Shown piece by piece: positions 1 through 8,165 of a stretch of DNA of 64,000 bases. Each line of letters opens with the position of its first letter. Within the stretch, counting starts at the first letter, position 1. The notes beneath the pieces were generated by a model. That model was not told where the DNA came from. It ran no database searches and saw only the letters and a list, made by a program, of their open reading frames with translations. The stretch covers positions 7,473 to 71,472 of the forward strand of contig JACQMS010000019.1 of the NCBI GenBank assembly GCA_016203445.1, in the 5' to 3' direction. Both the position numbers and the translations under genes were made by a program. This DNA comes from Candidatus Woesearchaeota archaeon. GTDB taxonomy: Archaea; Nanobdellota; Nanobdellia; Woesearchaeales; ARS49.

Positions 1-2
1 GG

Positions 3-167
3 AGTAGCGCTAAAGATTTTGTTTCTTGGATTCCTTTTTTCAAAAAGAGTGATGAAGAAAAGAAAGGTCTTAATGGTGATAGGGGTGCTGCCGAAAAACT
101 TGCAGTAAAATCTTCTTGGATTTTGTACAAGAATTTTAAGAAGGCTCACAGGATGATTACTTGGTAG
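3..167 (+). CDS. C-terminal fragment of an upstream gene (open from the window edge to TAG at 165-167), hypothetical
   Basis: Frame 3 is open from position 3 to the stop at 165-167 (…FVSWIPFFKKSDEEKKGLNGDRGAAEKLAVKSSWILYKNFKKAHRMITW). No recognisable domain. Confidence 0.25.
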   Translation, partial: SSAKDFVSWIPFFKKSDEEKKGLNGDRGAAEKLAVKSSWILYKNFKKAHRMITW

Positions 168-260
168 TTGAACGCAAACTTTCAGAACAAATTCCCAAGA
201 TTTATATATGATTAGTTTTTTCCCTAAAAAAAATCGTGGAAAAATTACGCGGGGTGTTTT

Positions 261-1034
261 ATGGCTGATGAACAACAAAATTTGGGTTCTCATACTGGTT
301 CTCATGAGAAGAAGGATGAATTGGTTTCTTTTACTCTTAAAGCTACAACTTTGTGGAAGTCTGTTTCCGGAATCCTTTTAGTGTTACTTGTTGCGAGCGT
401 TCTTACCGGAGGGTTTTCTATTTGGGGCGGTAACGCTCCTACGGGCGCGGCCATTGCTCCAACGGGTGGGCAGCCTTCAGGCAATAATTTTCCTAGCGCT
501 CCTTCGGGCAACCCTGTTATAAGTTTTGATGGCGTTTACTCTTTGGGCGATGATAACGCTCCTGTTACGATTGTTGAGTATTCTGATTATCAGTGTCCTT
601 TTTGTGGAAGGTTTCACGATGAAACTTTTGGGCAGATTAAGACTAACTATATAGATACTGGCAAGGTTAAGTTTTACTACAAGCACTTTCCTTTAGAGAG
701 TATTCACCCTATGGCGGCTCCCGCGGCTTTGGCTGTCGAGTGTGCTGGTGAGGAAGGAAAATTTTGGGAGTATCACTATAAACTTTTCGAGAATCAACAG
801 TCTTTAAGCTTGTTGAACCTGCAAAAGTGGGCTGAAGATGTTGGTGTTGATGGTGCTAAATTCAAGACCTGCTTTAATAATGAGAAATATTCTTCGAAAG
901 TTCAGGAACAACTTAGGGAGGGCGCTAATAATGGCGTTCAGGGAACTCCTGCATTCTTTGTTAACGGCAGAGAAATTTCTGGGGCTCAGCCTTTCTCTGT
1001 TTTTGAGCAATTGATAGAAGCTGAACTAGCATAG
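261..1034 (+). CDS. DsbA-family thiol:disulfide oxidoreductase with an N-terminal TM anchor and a Gly/Pro-rich linker
   Basis: Has the active-site motif 'DYQCPFCGRF' (CxxC in a thioredoxin fold) and the DsbA-like C-terminal 'GTPAFFVNG'. The N-terminal hydrophobic stretch is 'ILLVLLVASVLTGGF'. A TATA-like 'ttatatat' lies about 50 nt upstream. Confidence 0.8.
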   Translation: MADEQQNLGSHTGSHEKKDELVSFTLKATTLWKSVSGILLVLLVASVLTGGFSIWGGNAPTGAAIAPTGGQPSGNNFPSAPSGNPVISFDGVYSLGDDNAPVTIVEYSDYQCPFCGRFHDETFGQIKTNYIDTGKVKFYYKHFPLESIHPMAAPAALAVECAGEEGKFWEYHYKLFENQQSLSLLNLQKWAEDVGVDGAKFKTCFNNEKYSSKVQEQLREGANNGVQGTPAFFVNGREISGAQPFSVFEQLIEAELA

Positions 1035-1058
1035 AAAGATAGAAAGCTTTAAATATTT

Positions 1059-1424
1059 GTGTGTATTTATACACATAGAATGTTTGAAAAATATGATACA
1101 AAGGACGTTGTAAGAATTAACCAGGAATTTGATGCCGGAAAAATTATCAATTCTGGAAGCTTGTCTTTTGCGATTTCAGAAGCGAACATATCCAAAAGCT
1201 GGCTAAAATCTTGTGCAATACTTGTTAGAGCAGTGTTGATAGATCACGTTTTTGAAGAAGGCAACAAAAGAACCGCTGCCGGGATAATCGTGGCATTCTT
1301 AGAAGAAAATAGATTGAAGTACGATCCTGAAAAAATTTCAAGAGTTATCGCAAAAATGCTCATGAAAAATGTAACAAGTATAAAAATTATTGAATTGGAG
1401 GTAAAAAATGTCATCATTTCTTGA
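1059..1424 (+). CDS. doc: Doc (death-on-curing) / Fic-family toxin
   Basis: 121 aa. Carries the Fic/Doc catalytic motif 'HVFEEGNKRTAAG' (HxFx[DE]GNKR). The size fits Doc rather than full-length Fic. Confidence 0.7.
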   Translation: MCIYTHRMFEKYDTKDVVRINQEFDAGKIINSGSLSFAISEANISKSWLKSCAILVRAVLIDHVFEEGNKRTAAGIIVAFLEENRLKYDPEKISRVIAKMLMKNVTSIKIIELEVKNVIIS

Positions 1425-1647
1425 TAGCGCTTTGAAGGGAATAAAAAAGCATCCCGAAATTTTTAGTGCGTTGGAAGAGTTTGAGCGTACAAAAAAAATT
1501 CCGAAATTTTCTTACAGAAAAAGGCTGGATGTAACCATCAATGATAACATCTTGCGAGAATTTAAGGAGCATTGCTCAAAAAATGGTTTGAACATGAGCA
1601 GGATTGTTGAGAAGTTCATGATTGAAGAGTTGAGGAAAAAATATTAA
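1408..1647 (+). CDS. Ribbon-helix-helix (CopG/Arc-like) protein, putative antitoxin partner of Doc
   Basis: 79 aa. The RHH-like segment is 'RLDVTINDNILREFKEHCSKNGLNMSRIVEKFMIEEL' (beta strand followed by two helices). Overlaps doc by 17 nt. Confidence 0.5.
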   Translation: MSSFLDSALKGIKKHPEIFSALEEFERTKKIPKFSYRKRLDVTINDNILREFKEHCSKNGLNMSRIVEKFMIEELRKKY

Positions 1648-1970
1648 ATTTCTATAATTATTCTTCCTTTCTCTGAATGTATGAATGCTTCCTTCCCTTC
1701 TTTTATTCCTGTGAACTCTGCAATTCCTTTGGGTATTCTTACCGCGAGAGAATTTCCTGTTCTTGCGATAACAGTTTTTTTGCCGAGTCCCCATATTCCT
1801 TTTTGTTTCGCAACTTCCTCGATTTTTTTAATATCTGATGAGTCTGTGAATACTTCCCCGCATGAAGAACATTTTTCTCCCGGATACATTCCAAAGTCTA
1901 CTCCGTAAAGATAGTGTTTTTCCATTACTTTCTTTAATGCTCCTTTTTCGCATATTGGGCACTTTATCAT
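1644..1970 (-). CDS. Zn-ribbon plus AbrB/MazE/SpoVT (swapped-hairpin) DNA-binding protein
   Basis: N-terminal 'CPICEKG…CSSCGE' is a four-Cys ribbon. 'GNSLAVRIPKGIAEF' is the typical AbrB/SpoVT core. Confidence 0.55.
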   Translation of the reverse strand: MIKCPICEKGALKKVMEKHYLYGVDFGMYPGEKCSSCGEVFTDSSDIKKIEEVAKQKGIWGLGKKTVIARTGNSLAVRIPKGIAEFTGIKEGKEAFIHSEKGRIIIEI

Positions 1971-2095
1971 TTTTTACCACTTTGGCTGAACTGTTAACAT
2001 GTAGTATCACTCGTGATTATCTGTAATCACTAATAATATTTAACTCTTCCAAAACATTTATAAATAACCACTGTTCTGAGATTGTTCAGAAAGAG

Positions 2096-2632
2096 GTGTT
2101 CGTCGTGAGTCGTAAACTTTGCCGCAAAGCTTCGCTTGATTTGTCTGTTAATTCTATAGTCGTCATGGTCATCGCGTTCGTGGTTCTTGGATTAATACTA
2201 ACTTTTACTAGGGGCATTTTTAGTTTTGGGCAGGGGCAGCTGGCTCAGATTACTAATGTTGTTGATCTCGCCGAAAAGCCAACTTCTGAGAATCCTATAG
2301 TTCCTAGATCTTTCATATTATCTCCAGGAGATACTGCTGGAAGGAAAGTTTCAATGGGTTTGTACAACACTGGGCAGTCTAAAATAACTGGCGTGTCAAT
2401 TTCTTTTGATAAATGCATAGGTAACACTGCTGCTTCTAATAATAAACCAACCATCAAGATGATACCAACTGGAGATATAGAACCAAGTAAATCTGTTGGT
2501 ATTACCGCGCTCGTTGTGAACAATGCCGGTAGTGGAGGGCTCGCATCCGGACAGTATGTTTGCTCTCTAAAGACTGATAAAAATGTTGGAACCAGTCCGT
2601 TAGTTGTACAGGTATCTGTTACTGTAGAATAA
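2096..2632 (+). CDS. Secreted pilin-like protein with a class III (type IV pilin-like) signal peptide; GTG start
   Basis: N-terminus 'SRKLCRKAS/LDLSVNSIVVMVIAFVVLGLIL' has basic residues, a small residue, then a hydrophobic stretch. It is paralogous to the N-terminus of the 2883 protein ('ELSVNFLVILIITLVLFG'). Confidence 0.45.
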   Translation: MFVVSRKLCRKASLDLSVNSIVVMVIAFVVLGLILTFTRGIFSFGQGQLAQITNVVDLAEKPTSENPIVPRSFILSPGDTAGRKVSMGLYNTGQSKITGVSISFDKCIGNTAASNNKPTIKMIPTGDIEPSKSVGITALVVNNAGSGGLASGQYVCSLKTDKNVGTSPLVVQVSVTVE

Positions 2633-2660
2633 AAAGTTATTGTGTATAAAGGTGATTTTC

Positions 2661-2876
2661 ATGACTAAAAATCTTCGTCGATTGTCTTCGTCTGAAGAGT
2701 TCGAAATTATGCGAGCTGTTCTTGACAAGTTTTTATGGCTCGGCGTTTTCTTTGTTGGCTTGGGTTTGTGGAAGCTTTTAGATGGTCAGGACGCGTTGTG
2801 GTCTTTGATTGTTGGAGCCGTTGTTCTAGTTTTGTTCGCTTGGATTATTGTTAGAGAATTTGAAAGATTAAGGTAG
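2661..2876 (+). CDS. Small membrane protein (hypothetical)
   Basis: Internal ATG at 2661 in the 2640 ORF. Two predicted TM helices ('WLGVFFVGLGLW', 'LIVGAVVLVLFAWIIV'). Confidence 0.3.
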   Translation: MTKNLRRLSSSEEFEIMRAVLDKFLWLGVFFVGLGLWKLLDGQDALWSLIVGAVVLVLFAWIIVREFERLR

Positions 2877-2882
2877 TTAATC

Positions 2883-3464
2883 ATGGGTTCTAAGAAAGGT
2901 ATTGAGTTGTCAGTGAATTTTCTAGTTATTTTGATTATCACTCTAGTTCTTTTCGGTATGAGCTTGTACTTTATTAACAAGTTTAGAGATGTTGGCGCCG
3001 GTTATGAGCGAGAGCTTGACAAGTATTCTGTTGAGCAATTGAGAGCTTTGTCTAGAGATCAGTCTTTTGCTCTGTTTCCTAACTCTGTAAAACTGGGTGT
3101 TGGAGAGTCTGAGGTTGTTGGTGTTGGTGTTACTAATAATGAGGCCGCTGGACCGTTTGCTTTGAAGGTTGATGTTGCTGGAGCTTACAATTTGGATGGC
3201 AGTGTTTTAGATACTCCTCCTAATCGTGATGATTGGATTTCTTATCTTGGTCAGGCAGAGAATATTCAATCTGGCGATTTTAAACAGTTCTTGATCGTTG
3301 TTAACCCTAAGAGTTCTGGAACTGTTCCTCCGGGTATTTACGAGTTTAACGTTTGCATAACTAGAGGATTCCAACCACCAAAGTGTGCAGATTTATCATC
3401 TTCTGGTGGACAAAAACTTTATCCAAAAGGTATTGTTAAGGGTTTGAGTGTTAGGATTGAATGA
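2883..3464 (+). CDS. Archaeal type IV pilin-like protein (class III signal peptide)
   Basis: 'MGSKKG/IELSVNFLVILIITLVLFGMSLYF' fits the prepilin-peptidase substrate pattern [KR]G followed by a hydrophobic helix. The remainder is a Gly/Val-rich beta-domain. Confidence 0.5.
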   Translation: MGSKKGIELSVNFLVILIITLVLFGMSLYFINKFRDVGAGYERELDKYSVEQLRALSRDQSFALFPNSVKLGVGESEVVGVGVTNNEAAGPFALKVDVAGAYNLDGSVLDTPPNRDDWISYLGQAENIQSGDFKQFLIVVNPKSSGTVPPGIYEFNVCITRGFQPPKCADLSSSGGQKLYPKGIVKGLSVRIE

Positions 3465-3483
3465 TTTGTAAAAAAACTCTGGT

Positions 3484-3816
3484 TCACGCTGTTGGCTTTC
3501 TTGCAGCTATTTCTTCCATCTTTTTTTTTAATTCTTCTTCTGGCAAGTATCCTGTGAACCTGTCTATTTCTTGCCCTCCTCTGAATAGTATTATTGTTGG
3601 TATTCCTCTGACGTTGTTATTTTGCGCTATTACTGGGTTGTCGTCGACGTTTAGTTTTGTTAGTTTTGCCTTGCCTTTGAAGTATTTCTCCAATTTTTCA
3701 TATACTGGCGCTAGCATTCTGCACGGCCCGCACCAGTCTGCGTAGTGGTCTACGAATACAGGTATCTTGCTGTTTTTAACTTCCTCTTGATAATTTTCCT
3801 CGTTTAGATATATCAT
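3484..3816 (-). CDS. trxA: Thioredoxin
   Basis: 110 aa with the canonical 'WCGPC' active site and 'GIPTIILF'. Confidence 0.9.
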   Translation of the reverse strand: MIYLNEENYQEEVKNSKIPVFVDHYADWCGPCRMLAPVYEKLEKYFKGKAKLTKLNVDDNPVIAQNNNVRGIPTIILFRGGQEIDRFTGYLPEEELKKKMEEIAARKPTA

Positions 3817-3857
3817 TTTTTCACCTTCTTAACGTTATTTCCTTCTTTTTTTAATTG

Positions 3858-4376
3858 TTATGATTTTCTCGCGGCTCTTTCCATTAAATAGTGTGATTCT
3901 TTGTCCATGTCTATGAAATGATCTGCTGCTTCTATTAGTTTTGCGCTCGTGCTTTTTCCGAAGCTCATAACTTCTACTCTGCACCCCATGGCTTTTTGCA
4001 GGTGTTCTACTAGAGGCACATAGTCTCCGTCACCTGATGCTAGTATTATGGTGTCGACTTTTGGCGCCAGCTGTATAGCATCTACGGCCAACCCAACATC
4101 CCAATCCCCTTTTTTTGCTCCTCCTCCAAATATTTGTAAGTCTTTGCTTTTTATTTCGAATCCTATGTTTGCTATTGCTTCGAAAAATGCTTCTTTGTCA
4201 ACTTCTTCAGTCCTTATAACGTATGACAAAGCTCTCACCAGTATTCTTCCATCGACTGCTTTTCGTAATAGCGTACTGTAGTTTACGTGTTTTCCGTAAA
4301 TATTTCTTGCCGTGTAGTACAAGTTTTGTACATCTACAAATACTGCAACTCTCTGCCCTTTGTGAATGTTAGCCAT
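3858..4376 (-). CDS. NYN-domain (LabA-like) protein, predicted RNase
   Basis: 'VAVFVDVQNLYY…' together with 'ILASGDGDYVPLV' is the NYN/LabA acidic-residue signature. Confidence 0.75.
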   Translation of the reverse strand: MANIHKGQRVAVFVDVQNLYYTARNIYGKHVNYSTLLRKAVDGRILVRALSYVIRTEEVDKEAFFEAIANIGFEIKSKDLQIFGGGAKKGDWDVGLAVDAIQLAPKVDTIILASGDGDYVPLVEHLQKAMGCRVEVMSFGKSTSAKLIEAADHFIDMDKESHYLMERAARKS

Positions 4377-4403
4377 TTTCTCACCTTTTTTTTTTGTTAA
4401 ATA

Positions 4404-4522
4404 AAAATGTCAAGAACCGCCGGGCTAAAGCTCGGGACGTGAGGTTATTGATCATGATCAGAAACCGCCTTCTTATTCCGAGCTGAAGCACGGATATTGC
4501 GAATGGCGGTTTCTGACATTTT
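4404..4522. repeat. Hairpin repeat element, copy A (terminal inverted repeat AAAATGTCA(A)GAAACCGCC … GGCGGTTTCTGACATTTT)
   Basis: 18-nt inverted termini. An internal GGGCUAAAGCUC hairpin and the motif 'GATCATGATCAGAAACCGCC' are shared with loci 36911-36967 and 47447-47755. Confidence 0.5.
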
Positions 4523-4622
4523 AATAAACCTCAAAATTTGCTTTGTACCCGCAATCAGTGCACAAAAATCCTTCTTGTTTTTCTTCTAGCGCTTTCTTTC
4601 CGCATTTTGGACAAATCTTCAT
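4521..4622 (-). CDS. Small zinc-ribbon protein (33 aa), below the ORF-track size cut-off
   Basis: Hand translation gives MKICPKCGKKALEEKQEGFLCTDCGYKANFEVY (CxxC…CxxC). Paralogous to the N-terminus of the 30302-30487 ORF (MRKCPKCGKK…CENCGY). Confidence 0.35.
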   Translation of the reverse strand: MKICPKCGKKALEEKQEGFLCTDCGYKANFEVY

Positions 4623-4623
4623 T

Positions 4624-4905
4624 TCATTTTGCCTGTATTGCTTTGCCTTTAATTCTTAGTTTGTAAATGTTTTCTATAAAGTCTGTTCCTGCATACCCCG
4701 CAAGTATTGCCAGCGGAAAGCTTGTAGATATTACTAGCGCCGCAAATATTCCTATTATTCCTGAGCCTAACAGCGATATTAGCATGTATAATGGTTTTAC
4801 TTCCCCTCTTTTTTTGGGAGTGTACAATTTTAGCAGTCCTATTACTGCTCTTGTGAACCCTCCTAGGAATCCGAATCCTGCATATATGAATATTTGCTCT
4901 GCCAA
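4624..4905 (-). CDS. Small membrane protein (hypothetical)
   Basis: 93 aa with three hydrophobic helices and a basic C-terminus. Confidence 0.4.
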   Translation of the reverse strand: MAEQIFIYAGFGFLGGFTRAVIGLLKLYTPKKRGEVKPLYMLISLLGSGIIGIFAALVISTSFPLAILAGYAGTDFIENIYKLRIKGKAIQAK

Positions 4906-5115
4906 TTTCTCACCTCTTTAGGGTTGTTTATTCATGAAAGGTTTATTAATTCTTTGGTATTGATGTACTCTGTTCACATTTAGAGACTACAAAAATCTTG
5001 GATTATTGCATTAGAGACTACACTTGCGCCCGTTCAGTTCACATATCAAAGCTAAGAGTTAAATACTGCCTCAACAATTTCCATCAGGTAACTCATAATT
5101 TAAAAAGGGCGCTTT

Positions 5116-5188
5116 GGGGTTGTAGTCTAACTTGGTAGGACTCGCGGTTCGGGGCCGTGCAATCCGGGTTCAAATCCTGGCAACCCCA
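5116..5188 (+). tRNA. tRNA-Pro (anticodon CGG)
   Basis: Hand-folded cloverleaf. Acceptor GGGGTTG/CAACCCC, D-arm GTCT-AACTTGGTA-GGAC, anticodon stem CGCGG/CCGTG with loop TTCGGGG, T-arm CCGGG-TTCAAAT-CCTGG, discriminator A. No encoded CCA. Confidence 0.75.
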
Positions 5189-5352
5189 TAAACATGTCAC
5201 ATGCAGAATTTATTATTGTAAGAAAAAGTTCTTGCATTCTGTCTTTAAGAATCTTCATAAAATTAATCCATTTCTTTTGGCAACGGTCAGCGTTATTTTC
5301 TTTCCAAAAATATAATATAGTTTTTTGTTCAAAAATTTTGAAGCGCTATTTT

Positions 5353-6156
5353 TTAAGTAGTTGTCTTTTCATCTTTTTTCCACTCTTTCAAACCACTATT
5401 GATTGATTCTTGTTCAATTCTTTTCTCATATGCTTCTTTGAAGATTTGCCTTTTGAGCTCTGCTCTTCTTCCTTCATGATCATATACTCTGTCGAGTTCC
5501 TCGAGGAGAATTTCTAAGTCTCTAATAACTTCTGGTCCAAGTGCTCCAAGCATTTTTCGTACGTAAAGAATAAGTGGCAGTGCAAAGTCTGTAGATGCAA
5601 AATATAATCCATCCCCTCTCCACTTGAGGAGTGGTTTTGTGATACCGTCACTTTGCTCTTCAAGCAGATATCTGTGAAGAAGATCGTAGATGACACGTCT
5701 TGTCCTATGGTGAAGCTCTTCATTCAATTGAATGAATTTGAGGTTTGACGTTGCTGAGATTCTTCCTGGCTCTGCATGGAATATATATTCGACTTTGAAT
5801 CCAATCGCGAATTGTTCTTTTTCTTGGAAGAGCGCATAGGGAGGTGTACTAACCAAAACTTGTTTTTTATCCCCATACGTCGCAAACGACCTTGTTGCCT
5901 GTATTCCTGAAGGTTCAAAGTATGGGTTTATGATACTAAGAAAAAGTGTTGAGAGTTGTTCTTCTAGGAGCTGTCTTTCTTTGATGTTCTGCCCTTGATA
6001 AAATCTAAGATCTTGTTTAATCTTGTCATGTTCTCTAAGAAAAAGCTCATACTCTCTTTGTTCTTCTTGTTCTAGATGGAAAAATGTTGTTGGAAATGAT
6101 TCTTTGTTTCCAACAAATAATTCTTCCTCTACAATACGCACTGCCTGAACATTCAC
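5353..6156 (-). CDS. Hypothetical protein (267 aa), no recognisable domain
   Basis: Long ORF immediately downstream of tRNA-Pro. Codon usage looks less T3-biased than its neighbours. Confidence 0.4.
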   Translation of the reverse strand: MNVQAVRIVEEELFVGNKESFPTTFFHLEQEEQREYELFLREHDKIKQDLRFYQGQNIKERQLLEEQLSTLFLSIINPYFEPSGIQATRSFATYGDKKQVLVSTPPYALFQEKEQFAIGFKVEYIFHAEPGRISATSNLKFIQLNEELHHRTRRVIYDLLHRYLLEEQSDGITKPLLKWRGDGLYFASTDFALPLILYVRKMLGALGPEVIRDLEILLEELDRVYDHEGRRAELKRQIFKEAYEKRIEQESINSGLKEWKKDEKTTT

Positions 6157-6389
6157 AGTTCAACCCCAAAACACCTCAATAGAAGAGTTGGATTAATAAT
6201 TCTTTTTAATACTTTCGCAATGTTAAGCTCAATACTTCTCCGTTTTTGATTGCGTCGAGGCGTTATACCTTAGCGCACCAGCTCGGGAAGCAGTTGCGCT
6301 CAAGTACTGAACAACCTCTGCTTTGGCTTTTAGTAATAGTAAATTGCATTAATTTTGTAACACCAGTCTATGGAAAGTTTCCGACATTT

Positions 6390-7265
6390 CTAAATCTCTT
6401 CTTTCATTACTATATCAAACTTTTCTTTGAAATCTTTTTTGTATTGTTCTACGCTTTTTCCTTTGAAGCACATTTCGTTGTAGTCGCAATAGTTGCATAG
6501 TTTGCTTAACTGTTTTGGGTAGTCTGTGTAGTTGTTGCTTTTCGTTTTTGAGTGTATTTCTTTTAAGTTTCTTATCGCGTATTGTACCAGTTCTTCGTTT
6601 ACTTCCAAGTGTTCTGGCGTTCCTCTAAGAAAGTATATTCCTGTTTTGTCCGGTAATTTCCCGTGTTTTTCTTTGTACAATAATGCGTATATTGCTAGTT
6701 GTAATCTGTGATCTTCTATGTCTTGGCTTTTGTTCGTTTTGTAATCCATTATTTTTACTCCTTGAGGTGTTTCTTCTATCATATCTATGAAACCTCTGAC
6801 TCCATGTTTTTCGCTTTTATATTCTTGTTCTCTTCTTGGTGTGAACGTTTTGAATACTTCTTGAACTGTTCCTGAATCTTTGTATTTTTGTAATTCGTGA
6901 GATTTTTGTATAGTCCAGTTTACTATCATGTGTAATGTTTCTTCGAAATATTGGACTGTTTCTTCTTCTGTTAGTCGTAATCTTGCTAGTTCTATATTGT
7001 TGTTTTTCCACTCTTTTATAAGTAATTGTTGTGCAGTCATTAATAGTTGTGGCTCCATAGTTTCCCATGACAGGTCTTCAGTGTTTTGATCATAAAAATT
7101 TTCTAGAACGCTGTGAACCATTTTTCCTCTAACTAGGTGTATGCTTGGTCTTGTTGGAAGTTCTTCTATGTAGTTGTAATAATATTTTCTTGGGCACTGC
7201 TTGAACGTTTTTACACTGCTGGGGCTTTCTGTTCTTCTTCCTAAAATTATTTGTTCAGTCATCAC
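6390..7265 (-). CDS. Cas4-like PD-(D/E)XK nuclease with an Fe-S cluster (DUF83/RecB-family exonuclease), stand-alone
   Basis: N-terminal 'SPSSVKTFKQCPRKYYYNYI' matches the Cas4/AddB N-terminal motif including the first Cys. C-terminal 'CNYCDYNEMC' is the C-x2-C-x5-C triad. No cas1/cas2 genes or CRISPR array nearby. Confidence 0.6.
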   Translation of the reverse strand: MMTEQIILGRRTESPSSVKTFKQCPRKYYYNYIEELPTRPSIHLVRGKMVHSVLENFYDQNTEDLSWETMEPQLLMTAQQLLIKEWKNNNIELARLRLTEEETVQYFEETLHMIVNWTIQKSHELQKYKDSGTVQEVFKTFTPRREQEYKSEKHGVRGFIDMIEETPQGVKIMDYKTNKSQDIEDHRLQLAIYALLYKEKHGKLPDKTGIYFLRGTPEHLEVNEELVQYAIRNLKEIHSKTKSNNYTDYPKQLSKLCNYCDYNEMCFKGKSVEQYKKDFKEKFDIVMKEEI

Positions 7266-7315
7266 TTTTTCATTTTTTTATGACTCTTGTTTCTTTATAT
7301 GTCTTTTGGTTGTTT

Positions 7316-7358
7316 TTCCGGAAATTTTCCGGTTTTCTCGGAAGATTTCCGGTTTTTT
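7316..7358. promoter_or_regulatory. Palindromic CCGGAAATTTTCCGG / CGGAAGATTTCCGG operator-like motif pair
   Basis: 'ttccggaaattttccggttttctcggaagatttccggtttttt'. The same motif recurs at 8166-8275. Confidence 0.35.
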
Positions 7359-7399
7359 CACCGCAACACACTTAAATAATTTTTTTTAATTGTTGTTTT

Positions 7400-7645
7400 G
7401 TGGATAATCGCTCTCTCGCAATTCTTGCCCTCGTGCTTTTGTTCTTAGGTATTTTGCTTTCTCTTTTCGTCAGCGTTAATCCTTCTGTTGCTCTTAGGGG
7501 TGTTGTCATCTCAGTTTTTAATGGCGGGATGACTGTTGTTGATGGTTCTCGTGTTAATGTAATTCTTGATAATTCTTCTTTTCATGTTGGTCAGAGTGTT
7601 CGGCTTAACGGGTATTATGATGGTAAAAATTTTGTTGTGAGATGA
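7400..7645 (+). CDS. Small secreted/membrane protein (hypothetical, GTG start)
   Basis: N-terminal signal-like 'LAILALVLLFLGILLSLFVSV'. Confidence 0.3.
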   Translation: MDNRSLAILALVLLFLGILLSLFVSVNPSVALRGVVISVFNGGMTVVDGSRVNVILDNSSFHVGQSVRLNGYYDGKNFVVR

Positions 7646-7648
7646 TTC

Positions 7649-8122
7649 TTAATCTCTTCCTCCTCTAGGTCTTCTGGTGTACTCTGTTAGTGTAAACTCT
7701 TCATATTCTGTGATTTTTGCTTTCGTCCATTCTTGTTCTTCAAATCTTGGGAAGTACGCGTCTCCTTCGTATTCTTGTTTTACCCATGATAGGTGTAGTT
7801 CTCTTGCGAATATTAGTGCTTCTGTGAATATTCTTTCTCCTCCTATAAACCATACTTCTCTTGTTGCTGCCGCAATAGCATCTTCCAGACTTCTCACAAC
7901 AATTATTCCTTGAGTTTCTGGCATAGTCCTGCTTACTACTATGTTTTCTCTGTTAGGCAATGGCTTGCTTCCCATGCTTTCATACGTTAATCTCCCCATC
8001 ACTACAGTTTTTCCTGCAGTTTTCTGCTTGAATATAGGAAGATCTCCTTTTAGTCTAGGCCACGGCAGTTTTCCTTCGTTTCCTATCACGTAGTTTTGTG
8101 TTAGCGCCGCTATTATGTTCAT
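7649..8122 (-). CDS. folA: Dihydrofolate reductase
   Basis: 'MNIIAALTQNYVIGNEGKLPWPRLKGDLPIFKQKTAGKTVVMGRLTYESMG…PLPNRENIVVSR' is the classic DHFR N-terminal signature. I placed the start at the internal Met. The annotated K/R-rich N-terminal extension runs through the repeat-rich intergenic region. Confidence 0.85.
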   Translation of the reverse strand: MNIIAALTQNYVIGNEGKLPWPRLKGDLPIFKQKTAGKTVVMGRLTYESMGSKPLPNRENIVVSRTMPETQGIIVVRSLEDAIAAATREVWFIGGERIFTEALIFARELHLSWVKQEYEGDAYFPRFEEQEWTKAKITEYEEFTLTEYTRRPRGGRD

Positions 8123-8165
8123 ATTTTTTTGTATATTTTGAACGGTTAATATATCTTGCGTTTTT

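Noticed and set aside
4404-4522. Identification of the hairpin loci as RNase P RNA, SRP RNA or C/D-box sRNA
   Set aside because: There is no GGAAAGUCCGGGC/ACAGAAA (RNase P) motif, no helix-8 AGCAGG/GNAR motif (SRP), and no properly placed C (RUGAUGA) or D (CUGA) boxes. The identity remains unknown.
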